25,421 nt of DNA from a virus (IMGVR_UViG_3300035183_000583:1-25421), one strand, 5' to 3'; shown: positions 15,350 through 25,421, numbered from the stretch's first letter. Translations and numbers: made by a program. The notes: a model not told the origin generated them from the letters alone.

Positions 15350-16571
15350 TGATCCAAGTTTAAAGCTTAATTATTTTAGTGGCATAAATAATTTACAAGA
15401 CCCAATGTTACTAAACATTGATGAGCTTGTTGATGCTTTAAATGTTGATATTAACAGAAAAGGATTAATACAGACAAGACCAGCATTAAAAAAATATAAA
15501 AATTGTACAGACGGACATTCTATTTTTTCAGATGGATATAATATTTTTTATATTGATGATGATAATTTATATAAAATAGTTAATGATCAAAGTATTTTAA
15601 TTGACACTGGATACAAAGGACTTACAACAAGATTTTTAAAAGATAATGCAACTAAAAATTTATTAATATCTAATAATAAATTTATTAGAAGATATAAAAA
15701 CAAAATTTATAACATAACTCCTCAAACATTTAATAATAAATCTTTAAGAATATCATATGGAAATAATGGAGGTTTCCCTGCTGGAAGATATTTAATTAGT
15801 TTAACTTTTTTACATGATGATGGAATTGAAGGTGGTACTAATTCTTCAGCTATAGCAAATGTAACATATAATAATTCAAGTATAATCATTAGCAATATAA
15901 TGAAAACTAATGATATAAATATAAATAAAATTAGAGTTTATATTTCAGATTTAAATGCAAGTACATTAAAACATTATGCAGATTACGATGTTGATGTAAA
16001 CAGTATAACAATTAATTATACAACTCAATTAGGAAATTTCTTAACAACATTTAATAAAGATCCTATATTTCCTGGAGAACTTATTGAAAAATATAGAGGT
16101 GTTGTTTTTACAGCAAAAGATAATTTTATTTATTTAAGTGATCCATTATCTTATACTACAAATGGAAATTATTTAGAATTTGAAAGTAACATAACATTAC
16201 TTATAGCTGTTTACGATGGGTTATATGTAAGTGATGAACATAATCTTTATTTTTTATCAGGAGATAATCCTCTTGATTTAACAAGAACTTTAATATATAA
16301 TGCTTCAGCAATAAAACATACTAGTTCAAGAAATATTATGACAAACGATGTATTCTTCTTTACAAACAAAGGACAAATAGTAGCAACTAATAGTGGAAAA
16401 TTTGAAAACTTAACTGAAAGCAAATTTTTACCAGATAAAGATTTATTATTTGGTGCATCTACTATAATGTATCATAATGGTATTAGAAAAATTATAAATA
16501 GTTTTAAAACAGGAGAAAAAAACCAAGCATGCTTTGGTGATTGGATTGAAGCAAAAATTATTAGGAATTGA
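15342..16571 (+). CDS. Probable tail nozzle/stabilisation-type beta-rich virion protein (409 aa)
   Basis: Start reassigned to ATG 15342 (GGAG at 15332-15335). N-terminal FSGINN..LVDALNVDINRKGLIQTRP resembles podophage nozzle proteins; repeated beta-strand blades. Confidence 0.65.
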   Translation: MSNDPSLKLNYFSGINNLQDPMLLNIDELVDALNVDINRKGLIQTRPALKKYKNCTDGHSIFSDGYNIFYIDDDNLYKIVNDQSILIDTGYKGLTTRFLKDNATKNLLISNNKFIRRYKNKIYNITPQTFNNKSLRISYGNNGGFPAGRYLISLTFLHDDGIEGGTNSSAIANVTYNNSSIIISNIMKTNDININKIRVYISDLNASTLKHYADYDVDVNSITINYTTQLGNFLTTFNKDPIFPGELIEKYRGVVFTAKDNFIYLSDPLSYTTNGNYLEFESNITLLIAVYDGLYVSDEHNLYFLSGDNPLDLTRTLIYNASAIKHTSSRNIMTNDVFFFTNKGQIVATNSGKFENLTESKFLPDKDLLFGASTIMYHNGIRKIINSFKTGEKNQACFGDWIEAKIIRN

Positions 16572-16596
16572 CAAAATATTATTTTATATATAAAAT
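16568..16596 (+). promoter_or_regulatory. sigma70-type promoter overlapping the upstream stop codon
   Basis: TTGACA 16568-16573 contains the TGA stop; 17 bp; TAAAAT 16591-16596. Confidence 0.65.
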
Positions 16597-16628
16597 TAAA
16601 AAAATATTTATTACATAAGGAATTTAAT

Positions 16629-17135
16629 ATGAAACAAACAAATTTTGCATTACAAGGAACATATATTTTTAAATGCGAAGATGCTAATGGCAAATTAAAA
16701 TGGATTGAAGAAGCACACAACATAATTCCAAATGAAGGATTAAATGCCTTTTTACAAGTTTTTTTTGGAAAAATGTCTGTAATTCCTAACTTTTATATTG
16801 GAATATATTCAGGAAACTATACGCCACAAGCAACTGATACTATGGCAACTTTCCCTACAAACGCAAACGAATTTTCTTCTTTTTCAGAAACTACAAGACA
16901 ACAATTCGTTATACCTGCTTCAATTTCAGGTACAAGTGTTGATAATAGTGCTTCTCCTGCTGTATTTACTGCAACAGCAGCAGGAACAATTTATGGTGGT
17001 TTTTTATCAACCAGTTCTGCAACAAATGCTACAACAGGAATTTTATTAAGTGCAATGAAATTTAGTTCCTCAAAAACATTAGCTATTGGAGATAAATTAT
17101 CAGTTTCTTATGGTGTAACTGCTTTAAGTTCTTAA
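16629..17135 (+). CDS. Virion structural (tail-associated) protein, 168 aa
   Basis: AAGGA RBS; HNIIPNEGLN, YIGIY, AVFTATAAGTIYGGFL, GDKLSVSY; S/T/A-rich beta protein. Confidence 0.75.
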   Translation: MKQTNFALQGTYIFKCEDANGKLKWIEEAHNIIPNEGLNAFLQVFFGKMSVIPNFYIGIYSGNYTPQATDTMATFPTNANEFSSFSETTRQQFVIPASISGTSVDNSASPAVFTATAAGTIYGGFLSTSSATNATTGILLSAMKFSSSKTLAIGDKLSVSYGVTALSS

Positions 17136-17146
17136 TATGAATAATT

Positions 17147-20100
17147 ATGAATTATCAATTTTCAATTAGTTTTTCAGGAGAAGCTGAATTAAGTATAATT
17201 TGTCAAAAATATTTATCTTTTGCAAAAACAAAAGCAATAAATATTGCTAAAGAAAGAAAAACTAATTTTAATAAGATAATTCAAATTTCAGATTTTTATA
17301 AAGGTAATATGGTGCAAGTATCTATAAAGATAAATGCAATATTACCTTTTTTAAATATAAATATAAAATGTGAATATTTAAAATTTGCAATATCAAACGA
17401 TGGATTATCTATAATAGATATTAATGGTAAAGATACAGAAAATAAAGGTGTTTTTTATTATTTTTATGAAAAAGATAGTACAGATGGATTTATTCCTTTT
17501 AAAAAATTATTCAGAAGTTCTGAAATAAAAACTTCATATGATTTTCAAAAAACAAATCAAGGTAATTTAATAAATCAAACTCACTTTTTATCAGGAAGTC
17601 AATATTCAGGTCAAATGATGACTGAAGTTCAAAAAATTTTAGGAACTAATGATTTAGATATAAAATATCGTTTTGATTATTATGAAACAAATGGAATATA
17701 TACTAACAATCAAGGTAAAAAATATTTAATTACAATAAATACTTCAGGAGTTTATTATAAAGAATTATCTGTTATTAATAATATTGCAACAGGAGATAAT
17801 ACAAATAATGACGCAATAATGTTATTAAGTACACAAGAGTTTTATCAAGGATTTTGTCTTTCAGTAACTCAAGGATGGAGTTTTACAAAAAAAGGTGATG
17901 CTGCTGTAAACACTACTTATTTTTTTGATGGAACTAAAATTACAGGACAGGTTTATTTAATACAATTTTCTGAAAGTTATGATAGTGAAAATAAAATGAT
18001 TTTAAATGCCACAATTCAAAAAATTCAAGAAGGTATTTTAATAAATCATGAATATTTTAATATACTATCTCCAATAATTGGTAATTTAATGGATGATCAA
18101 TTTTTCCAAAATCCTGAAGTTTTAACAAATTCTACATATTCTCAAACTCAAAAGTCTCCACTACACATTACTTCTATAGGAAATGTTGTTGATATTTATT
18201 ATGTTGATGATAATGAATATATATGTCCTATTTCTGCTTGGTTTGATAATAATGATGATTTAAAAATATATAATTATTATTTTAAAAAAACATATAAATT
18301 ACCTTTAACTAATTCTACATCAGGATTTAATGATGTTAATGATTTTTATAAATTTGGTTTTTTAAAAGAAGGTAATTTAACAATTAATAATTATAATTTA
18401 AATACTAGTCCTATTTTTTACAATTTTACAATAAAACATGGTTTAATGATTAATGATGACATGTCTTTATTGGTTGAAGATAATTTTGGTGATTATGATA
18501 AAGAATTTGAAGTAAAAATTGAAAATGGTATAAATTTTGATAATTTTAATTATCAAGTTATTAATGGAGTATATCCAAATCTAACACCATATATTAATGA
18601 AAATTATTCATCAATAATAAAACAAATAAAACAATACATAAATGATTATAAAAATTATTATAACATGTATATAGATAATTTTTTAAATTATTCTTATAAA
18701 GCAGTTCAAGAAAATAATAATATTTATAAATCTTATATGGTTCCTGATTATATAGATTTTAAAAATCAAGTCGATAATATAAATCATTTTTTAGATATAA
18801 ATGATCCTGATAATAATTATGATAGAATTGGAAGTTTTACTGAACTAATTACTTTAAATAAATTAGAAGATATTCCATTATATAATATTAAATTTTTACC
18901 TTATTTATATCATATAAATAATAATATGCTATCAATATTTAACACATTTACCCCAACATATTTTGCTAATATTTTATCAACATTCAATACAATAAATAAT
19001 ACTCTAATGTCAATTGTTAATGATGCTTATAATTATAAAAATTTAATATTATCATTTTTTAACGATTTTTATAAATTCACACAACAAAATAAAGATTTTT
19101 CTAAAATTGATTTTTACGAATTATCTTCAAAAATTGCAATTATAAATTCTTATTTAAGCAATATATCTTCAATTCATAATTCATATAATACTCAAATAAA
19201 CTTAATAAATTCCTTAATATCTTCATTAAATAGTTTTTATCAAAAAATAAAAGAATATAATGATACTATTATAGATTTAAAAAATACTAATTTTAAAGGT
19301 TATCTTGGTTTTACTTTTGACCAAGTTGCTACTGTTCAAGTAGGAAATTCTCCTACAACACAAATTTATGATAATTATTTTTTAGCTCAAAAAATTTATA
19401 ACATAATAATTACCGAGAAAGTAAAAATAAAAAACTCAAAAATGACTAATTTTTCATTTTTATTTAACTATTCATGTAGAAATTCATTAACAGTTTATAA
19501 AAAAGAAGTATCAATTCCTGATTATTATGTTATAAATCATGAAGATATTGGAGCAACTTTAAATGAAATTGATATAAAAAGAAACGGAACAAAAACAAAT
19601 AAATATTCTCTTGTTAAGAGTAACGAATTTGCTTTATTTAAAAGAACAGATACATATTATAATAGTGTATTACAAAGTCAAACAGATTATTCATTAGTTG
19701 ATTCATTTTATAACAAAAAAGATTTTACATTTTATGATTATAATAACAATCCTTTAAATTTTACATTTGGAGATATTTATGTTAATTTAGGAAACCAAAG
19801 ATATTTTTATGATAATTTAGATAATTATGCTGAATTAATTGATCAAGATTTTACAACAACAACAATTCCTTTAAATTATACTAAAAATAAAGTTTCTAAT
19901 GTTTCTTGTGTATATACATATGATGATTATAATTATACAAATAATATAAAACAGATAACAAATAATTTAAATTTATATAATGAAAATAGCGATGATATTA
20001 TTAATATAAATAGTCCAATTATAAATGATAACAGAATTATATTAAAGTTTTTTGAAAAAAATCCTAATTTTACATACAATGATTACTATAAAGATATAAT

Positions 20101-20272
20101 TTCCAATGATGGAGTTTTATATTTTAATTTTATAAAAGATGCTGAAAATTATAAATATGTTATATCAAGTAATTTTTTAGGATATAGAGATAATTTAATT
20201 ACTTTGACAAACATTACTGAATACTCTATAATAAATAATAATTTTGTTAACTTTATTGGTATTCCATTTTAA
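17147..20272 (+). CDS. Large Asn/Tyr-rich putative tail or virion protein (1041 aa)
   Basis: Uninterrupted 3.1-kb ORF inside the structural operon; beta-rich ends, helical middle. Confidence 0.75.
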   Translation: MNYQFSISFSGEAELSIICQKYLSFAKTKAINIAKERKTNFNKIIQISDFYKGNMVQVSIKINAILPFLNINIKCEYLKFAISNDGLSIIDINGKDTENKGVFYYFYEKDSTDGFIPFKKLFRSSEIKTSYDFQKTNQGNLINQTHFLSGSQYSGQMMTEVQKILGTNDLDIKYRFDYYETNGIYTNNQGKKYLITINTSGVYYKELSVINNIATGDNTNNDAIMLLSTQEFYQGFCLSVTQGWSFTKKGDAAVNTTYFFDGTKITGQVYLIQFSESYDSENKMILNATIQKIQEGILINHEYFNILSPIIGNLMDDQFFQNPEVLTNSTYSQTQKSPLHITSIGNVVDIYYVDDNEYICPISAWFDNNDDLKIYNYYFKKTYKLPLTNSTSGFNDVNDFYKFGFLKEGNLTINNYNLNTSPIFYNFTIKHGLMINDDMSLLVEDNFGDYDKEFEVKIENGINFDNFNYQVINGVYPNLTPYINENYSSIIKQIKQYINDYKNYYNMYIDNFLNYSYKAVQENNNIYKSYMVPDYIDFKNQVDNINHFLDINDPDNNYDRIGSFTELITLNKLEDIPLYNIKFLPYLYHINNNMLSIFNTFTPTYFANILSTFNTINNTLMSIVNDAYNYKNLILSFFNDFYKFTQQNKDFSKIDFYELSSKIAIINSYLSNISSIHNSYNTQINLINSLISSLNSFYQKIKEYNDTIIDLKNTNFKGYLGFTFDQVATVQVGNSPTTQIYDNYFLAQKIYNIIITEKVKIKNSKMTNFSFLFNYSCRNSLTVYKKEVSIPDYYVINHEDIGATLNEIDIKRNGTKTNKYSLVKSNEFALFKRTDTYYNSVLQSQTDYSLVDSFYNKKDFTFYDYNNNPLNFTFGDIYVNLGNQRYFYDNLDNYAELIDQDFTTTTIPLNYTKNKVSNVSCVYTYDDYNYTNNIKQITNNLNLYNENSDDIININSPIINDNRIILKFFEKNPNFTYNDYYKDIISNDGVLYFNFIKDAENYKYVISSNFLGYRDNLITLTNITEYSIINNNFVNFIGIPF

Positions 20273-20287
20273 AAAAGAGATTAAAAT

Positions 20288-21865
20288 ATGAGTTATTCGT
20301 TTCCATCAAATACAATTGTTCAAGCAGCTATGTATGGAACATATAGTGGACTTGGAAATAATTATTTTTTGTTATTTTACAATTCAGGACAACCTTGTAC
20401 TGATGTTAAATATCCAAATTCTTTTATAATATCTCAATACGAAAAAGATAATTTTTCTAACGCAACAGTTTATAATACTGTAATGTCAAGATATACAAAT
20501 ATATTAAATAATTCTGTAATAAAACATGCAGGTGGAACTGGAAATACAGAAGAAATTTATATTAATTATGTTATTCCTATTACTGGAATTTTTTTAGCAA
20601 TAGAAGCATTTTCTGGTGGAGATTTATATAATTCTCCTTCTGGTCAATATATTTTACAATATGTTCAATTAAATGTTATTCGTGGATATAATGGAACAAC
20701 TATTCAAGATGATTTAGTTTCACAAACAGAATCAACAATATATATATTACCAAATAGTATCACATATCCTGTTTCTACTAATGATGTTTTAACATTATCA
20801 GAAAATGTATCAAATTATGCTAAATATCCATTTTCTGTTAATGATAATTTAACAATATCAAATAATATATCAAATTATTCAAAACTAATAACATTTTTAA
20901 GTGATATTATTCATTTAACTTCTAATTCACTATTATTAAGTGGAAATGTTTTAAGAACAATAATTAATGATTTTATAACATTAAGAAATCAAAATGAAAA
21001 ATTAAAAACTATTTATAATACAATTATTGCTGACACAATATATTTGTTTAATAATGCATTATGTTATGACTGGACTACTACTTTTAGAATTTGTAATGAA
21101 TTTATTATGTTAAAAAATTATGATAGAGAATCTATCAGAGTAATGATAAAAATTCTTGAAGTAATTTTAAATGATTTTGTTTTATTTAGAAATAATACAA
21201 ATATTAAAACTTTATTTCAAACAAAAATAAATGATCAAATTTTTTTAAATTCATTATTTGATACTTATAAATATTCTGTTATTCTTATTCAAGAAGAGTT
21301 TAATATAAATTCAGATATAAATAGTAATGCTATATTTCAAGAATTTTTAATAGATTACTTTAGAACAAGTATTTTATTAAATATTGGTGAAGAACTTTTT
21401 GAAGTGTATGCTATTAATTTAGAAAACAAAGCATTAACAAGATATGATAATTATGAATTTAATTCTTATGCTTCATTAAAAAATAAAACATATGGAATAA
21501 AAAAAGATGGAATTTATATTTTAGATGATAAAGATGGAGAAGAAGTTGTAGAATCAGCATTTAAAACAGGTTTTTTAAATTCATTTTCAGATAAAGACAT
21601 TAATTCAGGAATTGATAGAAGAAAAATGGAAAGAGTTGCATTATTAAGATTTAAAAATGATGGTTCTTCAATAATGAGAATTTATTCTGATGATGGAAAA
21701 ATATTTGACTACAATTTAAATACAGTATATAATGGTCAACAAAGTGAAGTAAAGTTTGGTAGAGGTCTTAGAGGTACAATATTCCAAATTGAATTTGAAA
21801 ATACAGGTAAATTTGATTTATTAGGTGGTGAAATTATTCCTGTAATTCTAAAAAGAAGAGTTTAA
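20288..21865 (+). CDS. Putative tail/virion structural protein (525 aa)
   Basis: Operon position; repeated D-x-hydrophobic-x-hydrophobic strand units; compact C-terminal domain (YAINLENKALTRYDNYEFNS...VKFGRGLRG...LKRRV). Confidence 0.75.
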   Translation: MSYSFPSNTIVQAAMYGTYSGLGNNYFLLFYNSGQPCTDVKYPNSFIISQYEKDNFSNATVYNTVMSRYTNILNNSVIKHAGGTGNTEEIYINYVIPITGIFLAIEAFSGGDLYNSPSGQYILQYVQLNVIRGYNGTTIQDDLVSQTESTIYILPNSITYPVSTNDVLTLSENVSNYAKYPFSVNDNLTISNNISNYSKLITFLSDIIHLTSNSLLLSGNVLRTIINDFITLRNQNEKLKTIYNTIIADTIYLFNNALCYDWTTTFRICNEFIMLKNYDRESIRVMIKILEVILNDFVLFRNNTNIKTLFQTKINDQIFLNSLFDTYKYSVILIQEEFNINSDINSNAIFQEFLIDYFRTSILLNIGEELFEVYAINLENKALTRYDNYEFNSYASLKNKTYGIKKDGIYILDDKDGEEVVESAFKTGFLNSFSDKDINSGIDRRKMERVALLRFKNDGSSIMRIYSDDGKIFDYNLNTVYNGQQSEVKFGRGLRGTIFQIEFENTGKFDLLGGEIIPVILKRRV

Positions 21866-21875
21866 AGGATTTATT

Positions 21876-22868
21876 ATGTTTAATTCTGTTTTTAATGAAG
21901 CACAAAGTTTTATAGAGCAAGGTAAAATGTATGCTAATCAAGCTATTGATAGAGCTATGCAAGATGTAGATCGTGCTATAACAATAAGTGATAATGCTCA
22001 ATTATTACCATTCAGTAGTTCTATTACTTCTTCTAATTATAGTACTAATAATTTTATTGTTACTCCATTTACAAAAAATGATATACCTCAAATAGATAAT
22101 AATTTTTTAATTGCAAAAAAATATTTAGATGAATGGATTGCAAAATTCAATCTTATTATGAATAGTTATTTCAAAAATATTTTAAGTTTTAATATGGGAG
22201 AAAAAGCTATTCAAGATATATTAACTTATGGGTATATTATTAAACAAAGTATATCTAATCAAATTATATCAAGAGCAATGGATACTGAAAGCTCAAAATT
22301 AAAAACAAATAATGAAAAAATTACATTAGAGTTTTTAAGTAAAGGATATACAATACCTAATTTTATGTTATTAAATAGATTAGATCAAGCTAATCAACAA
22401 TATAATGAAGCAGTAAGTCAAATTAATAGAGATTTAGCTATTAAATTACAAGAATTACAAACAGATATGACTAAGTTTTCTATTGATAAAGCATTAGATT
22501 TATTACCTAAATGTGTTCAGATAGCAAGTCAATTTTCTTCTCAATATGCTCAAATATTTAGTTATGGTGTAGAAAGTGCTAAAGCTTATATTCAAGGTTT
22601 AGCAGCAGTAAATGATAGTATAAGAATTTATGAAGATACAGTTTTAGATTTATCAAAAGTTCAAATAGAACATATTGAAAAAGATAGAAGATATGATTTA
22701 GATAACAAATCTAAACAAGCAGAGTTTAATTTACAAAAAATAGAATTAAATACAAAAACTACAATAGCAGGAGTTGAAGCTTTAACAAGAATTGGAACAG
22801 CAGGTCTTCAAGCTCAACAATCAATTATTAATTTAACAGCAGCAGGTGTTCAAACATTTGCAGGATAA
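21876..22868 (+). CDS. Putative internal virion protein, helical (330 aa)
   Basis: AAAGGA RBS; A/Q-rich amphipathic helices; precedes ejection-like genes. Confidence 0.7.
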   Translation: MFNSVFNEAQSFIEQGKMYANQAIDRAMQDVDRAITISDNAQLLPFSSSITSSNYSTNNFIVTPFTKNDIPQIDNNFLIAKKYLDEWIAKFNLIMNSYFKNILSFNMGEKAIQDILTYGYIIKQSISNQIISRAMDTESSKLKTNNEKITLEFLSKGYTIPNFMLLNRLDQANQQYNEAVSQINRDLAIKLQELQTDMTKFSIDKALDLLPKCVQIASQFSSQYAQIFSYGVESAKAYIQGLAAVNDSIRIYEDTVLDLSKVQIEHIEKDRRYDLDNKSKQAEFNLQKIELNTKTTIAGVEALTRIGTAGLQAQQSIINLTAAGVQTFAG

Positions 22869-22878
22869 GGAGAAAAAT

Positions 22879-24183
22879 ATGTCAGATGATCAATTTTTAA
22901 CAACAAATAAACCTTCATTTAACTCTCAAGGATTAGCTTCACAAGCTTATAATTCTTTATATATGGGCGCACAAAAATTAGGTCAATATGTTCCAACATT
23001 TAATTTTAATACTGGATCATTTATGAATGGAACTAATTCTGAAGCATTAAATAATTTAATTGAAGGTGGGTATAAACCATTATATGATGCAAATGGAAAT
23101 TTTTCAGGAAAAGTTATAGGTCAAAATCAAATACAACAAAACAAACCTACTGTTACTAATTTTAGTAATATTGCATTACCAACATTAAAATCAAATTATC
23201 AAATGCCTAATGCTCCTGTTGCTGAAAATATATCTTATATTAGTCCTTATCAATTTAAAAATAACAATAATGTAAATGCTTTAGGTTTATCTCAAAATTA
23301 TATTAGAAGTGCTGGACAATATAATCCTGTTGTTAATCAAGATGCTTTTAATCAAAGACAAATTCAAAATGATAATTATAATTATATAGATAATGAATAT
23401 AGAGGGCAACATCTTAATGATTTTATTAATGCAGGAAGTTTAGCTGATTTTTTTCGCGCTGCTATTTTAGGTCATCAAGATAGAGCAGATATGGCAAGAG
23501 CAACAGATTTATTAAAACAAAATAATCAATTAGCAGCAAATAATATTGAAAATATTAATAATACTTCATTGCAAAATATTGAAAATATGAGATCAACTGG
23601 TTTAGGTTTAGGTCAAATTGCAAATAACCAAAATCAAATTGAAAATAATTTTCAAGAAGCACAAGCCAAAAACTTACTTGATACTGCTAATTTTAATTTA
23701 AATGCAAGTAGAGAAAAATTTAATGAAGCTAATAGTTCATATCAAAATCAATTAAATGCACAACAAATCCAACCTCAATTAGAATTTATAAATACAATTA
23801 GACAGTTGAATGCAAATCCTATTGTATTAAACTCTCAACAAGCTGCTAAAGTAGCTCCTTTATTAGGAACTGATTATAATTTAGTATTACAAAAAGCTGG
23901 CGGTGATGCAAATATTGCAAATTCAATGATTTCTAATGAATATAATAAGTCTTTAGCAATGAATGCATTGTCGAACTTAAAACTACAACAAGGTAATTTA
24001 CCTGTTGGTAATGCTCCTGCTGAAACAACATATACTTATGATTCTTCAACAGGTTCTCCAAAACTTGAAGTTAAAGGAAGTACAAATTCAGTTTTACAAG
24101 CAATGAAATCGTTTCCAAGTTTAATACCTCAAACAAGTCAAGGAATTCCTGTTACTCAAAATGGTTCAACAATAGTAAAATAA
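22879..24183 (+). CDS. Putative ejection (DNA transfer) protein, Q/N-rich (434 aa)
   Basis: Start reassigned to ATG 22879 (AAGGAG at 22867-22872); low-complexity N/Q/A composition typical of podophage core proteins. Confidence 0.7.
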   Translation: MSDDQFLTTNKPSFNSQGLASQAYNSLYMGAQKLGQYVPTFNFNTGSFMNGTNSEALNNLIEGGYKPLYDANGNFSGKVIGQNQIQQNKPTVTNFSNIALPTLKSNYQMPNAPVAENISYISPYQFKNNNNVNALGLSQNYIRSAGQYNPVVNQDAFNQRQIQNDNYNYIDNEYRGQHLNDFINAGSLADFFRAAILGHQDRADMARATDLLKQNNQLAANNIENINNTSLQNIENMRSTGLGLGQIANNQNQIENNFQEAQAKNLLDTANFNLNASREKFNEANSSYQNQLNAQQIQPQLEFINTIRQLNANPIVLNSQQAAKVAPLLGTDYNLVLQKAGGDANIANSMISNEYNKSLAMNALSNLKLQQGNLPVGNAPAETTYTYDSSTGSPKLEVKGSTNSVLQAMKSFPSLIPQTSQGIPVTQNGSTIVK

Positions 24184-24193
24184 ATTTTATAAA

Positions 24194-24244
24194 TTGACTT
24201 TTATTAAATATCCTTATATAATCTATAAAAATATAAGGATATTT
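24194..24244 (+). promoter_or_regulatory. sigma70-type promoter with a 14-bp inverted repeat covering the -10 box and RBS
   Basis: TTGACT 24194-24199, 17 bp, TATAAT 24217-24222; AAATATCCTTATAT 24206-24219 / ATATAAGGATATTT 24231-24244. Confidence 0.7.
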
Positions 24245-24246
24245 TT

Positions 24247-25421
24247 ATGATTGATTTTTCTAATATAACACTTCCAGACCCAAATGATTATTATAAAATG
24301 ACAGATGGGTCTTATAAATTAAAAAGCGAAGTAGATAACGATCCAAATACAATACATGTTGATCCAAATGCTGGTTATTTTTCTTCTGAGGGTTCTCAAT
24401 TATTACATGATTTAAAAGCTTCTGCATATGGTCTTGGTGGTGTTATTACTGGTAATCAAGATTTAATTAATAGAGCAAGACAAGAGCAAACAGTATCTAA
24501 TTTATATACAAAACCTTATGATAGTGTAAAAGGTGTTAGTGGTATTGCTGATGTTGCTAAATTAGCAGGTCATTATATAATTCAAGGATTACCTCAAATT
24601 GGATTAGCTGTTGCAACTGGTGGAATTGGTTCAGTAGGAGCACAAATTGCTAATAAAGCAGCAGGTGCAATTGTTACTGATGCTTTAGCTTCAAAAATTG
24701 GTTCTTATGCAGGTCAATTTGCTGTTAATTCTGCTATTAGTGGTGGACAAGCTGCTGCAAATGAATATACAAATGGAAACCCAAATGATGCAGTTAAAAA
24801 TGCGTTAATATCTAGTGTTATAGGTGGTATTGCAGGAACATTTGCAGATCAGCAAATGTTAGGTAAAATAGCTCAAAGACAAGGTATATTGCCTAATGCA
24901 TTATTAGGAGCAGGATTTAATGCTGGTTTAGGTGTAGCTCAAACAGGAATTACAAATGCATTAGAAGGTAAAGAAACTACAAAATCTGAACTTTTAGATA
25001 GTGCTTTGAGCGGTGGATTACTAGGTGGAGCATTCGGTGCATTTAATGGAATTAACAGTAATAAAAATAAAGAAAAAACAGATAATAATATAACACCAGA
25101 AATTAAAACAGAAAATATTACAGATAACAATTCAAAACCAAATGAAACATTAGAAAATGTTTTTGATAATACTATAAAAAATGAAGATCAAAATCAAGTA
25201 TTACCTGAAAATAATACTATAAAAAACGAAGATAAAAGTCAATCTTTATCTGAAAATAATACTATAAAAAATGAAGATAAAAGTCAATCTTTAACTGAAA
25301 ATAATACTATAAAAAATGAAGATAAAAGTCAATCTTTAACTGAAAATAATACTATAAAAAATGAAGATAAAAGTCAATCTTTAACTGAAAATAATACTAT
25401 AAAAAATGAAGATAAAAGTCA
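24247..25421 (+). CDS. Large putative ejection/internal virion protein, 3'-truncated by the window (not in the ORF track)
   Basis: AAGGA RBS, ATG 24247, open to the window end (MIDFSNITLPDPNDYYKMTDG...); Gly/Ala-rich hydrophobic segments LPQIGLAVATGGIGSVGA, SSVIGGIAGTF, ALSGGLLGGAFGAF. Confidence 0.85.
   Translation, partial: MIDFSNITLPDPNDYYKMTDGSYKLKSEVDNDPNTIHVDPNAGYFSSEGSQLLHDLKASAYGLGGVITGNQDLINRARQEQTVSNLYTKPYDSVKGVSGIADVAKLAGHYIIQGLPQIGLAVATGGIGSVGAQIANKAAGAIVTDALASKIGSYAGQFAVNSAISGGQAAANEYTNGNPNDAVKNALISSVIGGIAGTFADQQMLGKIAQRQGILPNALLGAGFNAGLGVAQTGITNALEGKETTKSELLDSALSGGLLGGAFGAFNGINSNKNKEKTDNNITPEIKTENITDNNSKPNETLENVFDNTIKNEDQNQVLPENNTIKNEDKSQSLSENNTIKNEDKSQSLTENNTIKNEDKSQSLTENNTIKNEDKSQSLTENNTIKNEDKS
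25168..25421 (+). repeat. 45-bp coding tandem repeat (15 aa, NTIKNEDKSQSLTEN), more than 5 copies
   Basis: ACTATAAAAAA at 25171, 25216, 25261, 25306, 25351, 25396; the last copies are identical. Confidence 0.97.

Noticed and set aside
16472-17049. ORFs 16472-16723(-) and 16798-17049(+)
   Set aside because: Overlap real structural genes in other frames; no RBS.
22846-22878. ORF-track start at 22846
   Set aside because: GTG inside the upstream gene; ATG 22879 follows AAGGAG.
24939-25130. Minus-strand 63-aa ORF
   Set aside because: Antisense to the long open frame starting at 24247.
25168-25421. 45-bp repeats as a CRISPR array
   Set aside because: Head-to-tail with no spacers and in frame within a CDS.
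7019-25421. Stop-codon reassignment or classification as a true N4-like phage
   Set aside because: Genes are full length and tightly packed under the standard code. An N4-gp56-family capsid alone does not make it N4-like, and no virion RNA polymerase is visible in the window.

Overview
Very AT-rich (roughly 20% GC by eye) segment of a tailed dsDNA phage or prophage, probably podovirus-like. From 7019 to the end it is a co-oriented virion module: probable TerS, TerL, portal, small protein, scaffold, N4-gp56-family major capsid protein, head-completion and tail proteins, then Q/N-rich and Gly/Ala-rich ejection-type proteins. The last gene (24247 onward) is missing from the ORF track and runs off the window inside a 45-bp tandem repeat. 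The unusual part is 1-7000: (i) a 1.3-kb non-coding control region with a ~480-bp imperfect palindrome (42-bp perfect arms), GGTCRA motifs, a 53-bp direct repeat, a duplicated promoter and a probable ~157-nt structured RNA ahead of a possible ribbon-helix-helix protein; (ii) small genes each preceded by a copy of one promoter+RBS cassette, showing duplication, fusion and a homopolymer frameshift; (iii) three paralogs with a conserved basic C-terminal tail ending in KI; (iv) a 282-bp TTAGAT/TTAGAA/TTGGAA hexamer array next to a GC-rich hairpin, a candidate terminus or packaging signal. I saw no integrase, polymerase, lysis genes, tRNA or CRISPR array. All family calls come from motif recognition and synteny, not database searches.
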